DNA of 63,976 nt, counting the filler, from Trypethelium eluteriae (Eukaryota), in assembly GCA_051942245.1 (NCBI GenBank). It is 4 parts of 4 records of this genome, joined end to end, with 100 filler letters (N's around TTAATTAATTAA, not from the genome) between each part and the next. Parts side by side here need not be neighbours in the genome. Positions count along the whole stretch, not along the records: positions 50,860 to 63,976 come from JAVECL010000743.1; 3 more parts are not named here. One strand, given 5' to 3'. Position numbers and translations under genes: made by a program. This document shows, one piece after another, positions 58,896 to 63,976 of this stretch. Every line of letters starts with the position of its first letter. Position 1 is the first letter of the stretch. Under the pieces are notes generated by a model that searched no databases, was not told the origin of the DNA, and saw nothing but the letters and a program-made list of their open reading frames with translations.

Positions 58896-61800
58896 ATGAT
58901 GCTTAAAAATCAGATCTCTGACCATGATTGGGAGACGCAGAAAGGGACCATTACGTCTCTGTACGTCGGGGAAGACAGGTCATTAGACGATCTCGTCACG
59001 GAAATGGGCGATCGCGGGTTCAGAGCCAAAAAATGACAGTTTGAGCGGAAGCTTCGCGTGTGGAGAATCACTAAGAACCTTCCTGCCAAACGATGGAAAG
59101 CCATTGTCGAGAAGATCAAAGCTCGGGAAGCAAGGTCGAAGGCAAGTAATGTATACCTCTACGGTCAGAGATTACATTCGCCAAAGATCAACAAAGCCAT
59201 TCAACGATACGACTTGCCGACACTATGTCCTTCTCCAAGCCCAAGTCAAAGTGACTTGGAGAATATTCAAATTTCGACCCCTACGCCACCCAACTGTGCA
59301 AACTTACCATCACCCATTCGAATCATCAGCGAGGACGCAGATGAGTGTGTTGGAGTCGGTCAGAACTTAGCGAAGCCCTTTAGTGTGATTGTCAATGACC
59401 ATCAACCGTTTCTCAAACTTCGCTACAGGCTTAGGAAGTTCTGCGACCTTCCCTTGCAGCCTACGGTCCAGCTTTTTAGCGCGCGTTGGCTAAGGGAGAT
59501 TGTGCCCTGTGTTGCCTACCAGATATCTCCATCTTGGGCTAAGTCTTGTCAATCGCGGGATGTCTTTGGCTCTGGTGATACTCATGTATTGTGGGCAACC
59601 TTCCTTGAGCAGCTTGTCCATTTCGAAGTCCCCACAAGAATACCAGATGCAAGTTCAGTTGTCGACACTTGCTTATGGGTCGTTGAGTTTATTGTGATTG
59701 GTTCTGCGAATGGACTCCTGAGGCCTTACATAAATGAGTCAATATCATGGCTCATGGAATCCGATAGCAACATCCTGGACGGATTCCTTCGAAGTGTACG
59801 CGACAACAACTTCTACACTCTAGTGGACAGAATTCTAGATTTACGGACAGTTGCTACATACTTATGCTCAGCGCAAATGCTATTGAGTAGCATCATGATC
59901 GAAGACGAAGACCTGTTTAACAAGCTCCTTGCAAAGAGAGTTCCCCTTGATGGAACTCGACAAATTCCTTTTGGCTGGAATATTTCTGCCCTTCACATGG
60001 TCGTTATGAAACGAAATGAGAAGTTTGTCCATCGACTGCTGGAAGCAGGTATCGATCCGGACGGTTATGTCGAGGGCAGAAGTATTCATGTAAGTTCAAA
60101 ACCATTATGTTTCTCAATGAATATATACCAAGGAGTCCGGGCAATACAAATTCCTGATGCAATTCTTGAGGCTGTCTTAGAGTCAAGACGGAGGGTTTAT
60201 CAGACTTCCGACTGCATCGAATACTTGGAAACGTTGATTCTAAGAGCTTGGCAAGCAGACGCGACCCAATGCTTGGCTTTTCTTAAAAAGTATTACCAAA
60301 AATTCAATGCAGCCCAGACCTCTGAGAACCTACTTGCTGTGGTATATCAAGAAGATCAAGAAGACAACAACGTTTTACTGGCGACTCTGCTCACCAAAGC
60401 AATTCGGAGTGGTGCATTGACGAAATGTGACTATTTTTGGCACGTCTGTCTCAACCGAATCATTTCGACCCGCTGCGACTCCTTGGTGACTACGGTCATC
60501 CGGCATTGGCAGTGGGTCGATCCAAAATTTCGGAGCTTCTTTATTAGGTCCTTTTACGATGATGGCAATTACGTTTTGAATTTACCAATCGAATTGCCTG
60601 GTAGCCTCTACTTGCTCTTGAAATTGGCTGTGGAGCTTGAAGACACCATTCTATCGCACGTTCTATTTGATCAACATCTTTTCCTCTTTTTCGAGGATAT
60701 TACACAAGATCTGGACTCGAATTCGACAATTGATCCACTGGAGATCGAATCGCGGGCGGCTTCGAAAACGGCCGTATCGTCGACGCCTCGAAAACCCTAC
60801 ATGATGGCAGCTCAATTGATCTCAGAAATGGAGTTCTATGGCGTTACGTCTTGGCGGAGCATCCTCTACCGTGTTTTCGAACGGGGGATCTCCGATCCCG
60901 ATGTCGGTATCGCAGCCATGGAATTGGTGATCGATATGTGGCGCTTGGCATGCCCTCACAAGCGATTGAAAGGCACCTTTGAGCGAATTCTTAGAGACAT
61001 TATCCTGCCAGAACCGCCAGTCAACATTGAAGCTTTCAAATGTGTTCTTAAGGTTTTCATACAACAAAAATGGTGTATGGATTGGTCGAAAATCTACGGC
61101 TCTAGCGAAGACTTTTATGGGTTTGAAGGCGATCTGCTCACGATCAAGACACTTACTGAAGCGGGTTTGCCACATTCCAAAAGTTTATTACTCGCATGTA
61201 TCAGTGGAAACTTCGCGGAGGAGAACGTGTTGTATCTCCTGCAGGCGAACCCCAACCTAGTCCATGAGCTCACACTCTCCGATCTTTCACGCTGCTTTTG
61301 CTGTTGCCACGACGATTGTTGCGCCAGAATAGATGGCCAAAGCCTGGAGTACAATGATTCCACCAGAGAATTTGTACACGAAGACTTTGCCGACGTTTTG
61401 AAAATATTATTCGACTACGGCCTGACCCTACGGGTTGAATGGCACGATTATCTGGTCTCAAGGGATCCCAAATATTTGAAAATCTTTGCATTAGGATATC
61501 CATGCCCTTTGATATCCATGCCCTTTTTGTTCGTCCATGCGAAGCTGTTTACGTCCGATGTATGCAGCGGTTACCATGAATGATACAACCCTGTTGAAGG
61601 AGATGATCCACGACGGATTCAATATCGCTAAATCATCGAACGCAGCAGTCTGTGTCTCAAAAGCTGTACCGCTGACCTGGGCGGTTTGCAATAGGAGACC
61701 AGATGTTGTTGACGAGTTGTTGAAAGCAGGTGCTCAAGTTGATGCTTACGGATATACGAATGTCTTTGGCTCTCAAACTTGCACTGCAACGGCCTTACAG

Positions 61801-62523
61801 ATTGCTTCAGGTGTTGGCAATTATGATATGGTGTGCAAGCTTTTGCAGGCTGGAGCAGATATAAATGCGCGCGGAGGTATGAAATTGGGGTGTACTGCAC
61901 TAAGCGCTGCGTCTATTAATGGAAGGCTGGACGTTATTCATCTACTAATCACGAACAATCCTCATCGGCAAAAGCTCAAGTATGAATGCAGACGAGCGGC
62001 AATTCACGTTCGATACGCTTCACATAACCAAATTGCGAGGATATTAGAAGACTTCGTTACCTCTCTAACCGCAGAACTTGGAAGACATGAAATAGATGAT
62101 GGAATTGATGATGTATACGCGTGCTATGTTAAGTCTCATTCCGACTGGATCCGAAGCATAATGTGCTCAAAGTGCCTGCATCTGAGATCGACAGAGCCGA
62201 GGAAGTGGTTGGCCTCGGTCTTGTATTTCGGAAATGTTTTGCTCCCTGACAAAAGTGGCTTCAGGCTGAAACGTAGATTGGATGAAGATGAAACTTTGGA
62301 AGAGATCGAGGATCTGCTGGAGCGCGAAGAAGAGCAAGAAGAAGAAGAGGAGGAGGGGAAGGGGGAGGAGGAGGAAGACGTTGACACAATAGACAATTGG
62401 CGGTTAGATAGTAACGAAGAGAAGAGTAACCACGGTGACGAAGACAGCGATCACGAAATGGAAGCGGACAAAGTATTTGAGGGTTGGGAAGATTTCATGG
62501 ACGTCGATATGTTAGGGCAGTAA
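58896..62523 (+). pseudogene. Clr5-domain + ankyrin-repeat gene (~1203 aa when repaired), disrupted by TGA at 59034-59036 and a 16-bp tandem duplication at 61495-61526
   Basis: From ATG 58896: WETQKGTITSLYVGEDRSLDDLVTEMGDRGFRAKK*QFERKLRVWRITKN (Clr5 pattern), in frame with the 841-aa ORF. Ankyrin repeats SALHMVV...LLEAGIDPD, PLTWAV...LLKAGAQVD, TALQIASGVGNYDMVCKLLQAGADIN, TALSAASINGRLDVIHLLI. Deleting one GATATCCATGCCCTTT copy fuses the two ORFs. Confidence 0.85.
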
Positions 62524-63729
62524 TCGATGTGGAAGGAAGGCTGAGATAGAGTGTATCAAGAGAGGTCTTTAAGGTTCATTTTATGTACGACTTGTGCTTT
62601 TGTCTTCTATAGAGGTAGTTGCTTCGGACTTGTAATATTTAGAGCGACCACATTGATAGTCATGTAACTTGATCTCAGACTTGTATGGTTCTGTCCCCTG
62701 GACATAGAAGCCGGAGCCATTCTCCATCCTGTGATTCCTCGTTGCGCCGTAGACCTCTTCGAAGGATGTGTCAATACCATCATGCGGAGAAACAATGCCC
62801 TCTTCGCACTCAAGATCCACTAGCACAAGAACCTGTTGAATACAACACTGGCCTGTAATATTGAGGATAATGATTTCAACACAGAGTTGAGAATTAAAAG
62901 TGCGCGAGGTGACTAAATCATACAATACTATATTTCGGAGCATCCTGTTGTCCGAAAGACTATCCAATGAAAGTGCATGACGTCACGCAAAATACGCGGC
63001 CGCGTTCACCTCTTGGATTTTTCTTTTTTTAATCATGACCGCTCCAGTAACTGCCGCTCCTCAATTCTGCTCTCTTTACTGATGAATACTCTATAAACTC
63101 CTTGCTTACTCACTCCCGAAAAAGGAAGAAGGAAGACCCTTGACACAGTTGTAATCTTAATTTTGATTTAAGCTATCAGACTTACTTGTCTTACGAATAG
63201 TCCCCAGATCAGCCAGCTCCTATGGCTACTAGGCAGAACTGTGCGGAAGCATGGAAAAGAGTTTAACCTTTATCATGCAGACTCGTCGAATCTACAGTTT
63301 AAATCGTATTTTGGAAATTCCATGATGGACCCTACACATGTATACCTTCTTGCCTCAAGAAGTGGCCTATCTAAACCAGCGGACACATCGTGGGAGATAA
63401 AACTTTTGCAGCCATGATGATGAGCCAGCCATAAAAGCAGTAGAAGTAATATTCCGTCTTAAAGCAATCGCGTCATCATTGAATATCTGATGACCGTGCA
63501 GCAGAATAAATTTCGTTTACCAGCCATGAGACATTTCTACCTTCGTTTTGTGCTTGGAGAATAAGCTTGACATTAACACTCGCTATATCTATAGAATAGA
63601 TTGTTATTCACTTGACCCACACAAAATAGACAAGAGCCAACTCCTTAGTCTTACATAAACCATCCAACGCCATACATGGATGCAATGCAAACGAATCTAA
63701 CACCCGACCATTCCAAGTGTAGAAGCTCT

Positions 63730-63976
63730 CTATACAGGCTCCTCTATCACAACCACCACAACTACCACGATATCATCCACCTTACCCCCATGATAATTCT
63801 CATTCGGAAACCGCTTCTTCACCTCCTTCGCAAACGGCCCATCCCTCCTCAAATCCATGCTCGCATTCTTCGCTGCCCCAGCAATCAGCACCGCCAACGT
63901 CTCCTGCAGCTTCCCCCCCGACGCCTCACTCGACGCCCCCGGCGTATACGTCAAATACCCCAACCGCTCCCCAGGC
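63730..63976 (-). CDS. PTC7/Azr1-like PP2C-family protein phosphatase, 3' end only
   Basis: AAKNASMDLRRDGPFAKE...YHGGKVDDIVVVVVVV is the PTC7-family C-terminal PF...GGK-x-DDI motif; the frame runs off the window end. Confidence 0.85.
   Translation of the reverse strand, partial: PGERLGYLTYTPGASSEASGGKLQETLAVLIAGAAKNASMDLRRDGPFAKEVKKRFPNENYHGGKVDDIVVVVVVVIEEPV

Noticed and set aside
62581..62967. 128-aa minus-strand ORF
   Set aside because: No recognisable family or supporting signals.
1..63976. CRISPR arrays, rRNA genes, intact transposase, reverse transcriptase or Starship captain genes
   Set aside because: None recognised; all repeats found have two to three copies without unique spacers.

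Overview
Filamentous ascomycete (Pezizomycotina) genomic DNA with short spliceosomal introns. The window is not contiguous: four contigs (1-16865, 16966-33820, 33921-50759, 50860-end) are joined by artificial 100-nt N44-TTAATTAATTAA-N44 spacers, so adjacency across the spacers means nothing. Contig 1 is housekeeping: a copper-fist transcription factor, ATG13, the complex I 30-kDa subunit (with a GC-AG intron) and NOT4, which shows an in-frame exitron and a short/long 3' alternative. Contig 2 has a RIP-type AT-rich relic, a compact cluster (Zn2Cys6 TF, thioesterase-less SAT-KS-AT-PT-ACP non-reducing PKS, O-methyltransferase; alternariol/lichexanthone-type by inference), a 137-bp hAT-type MITE with a perfect 8-bp TSD, and a truncated M20 amidohydrolase. 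Contig 3 is accessory-type: MYND protein, SRR1-domain protein, PTH11-like receptor, an uncharacterised HxH...CxxxC-H-H protein convergent with an intronless non-RD kinase, and gene relics. Contig 4 has a Sel1-repeat-family N-terminus, a CCCH (ZC3H3/Red5-like) protein, a GH30 hydrolase, a small single-TM protein divergent from a Clr5-ankyrin gene broken by one TGA and one 16-bp duplication, and the 3' end of a PTC7-like phosphatase. Exon models were built by hand from splice signals and frame continuity. Family names come from motif recognition; no database search was run.
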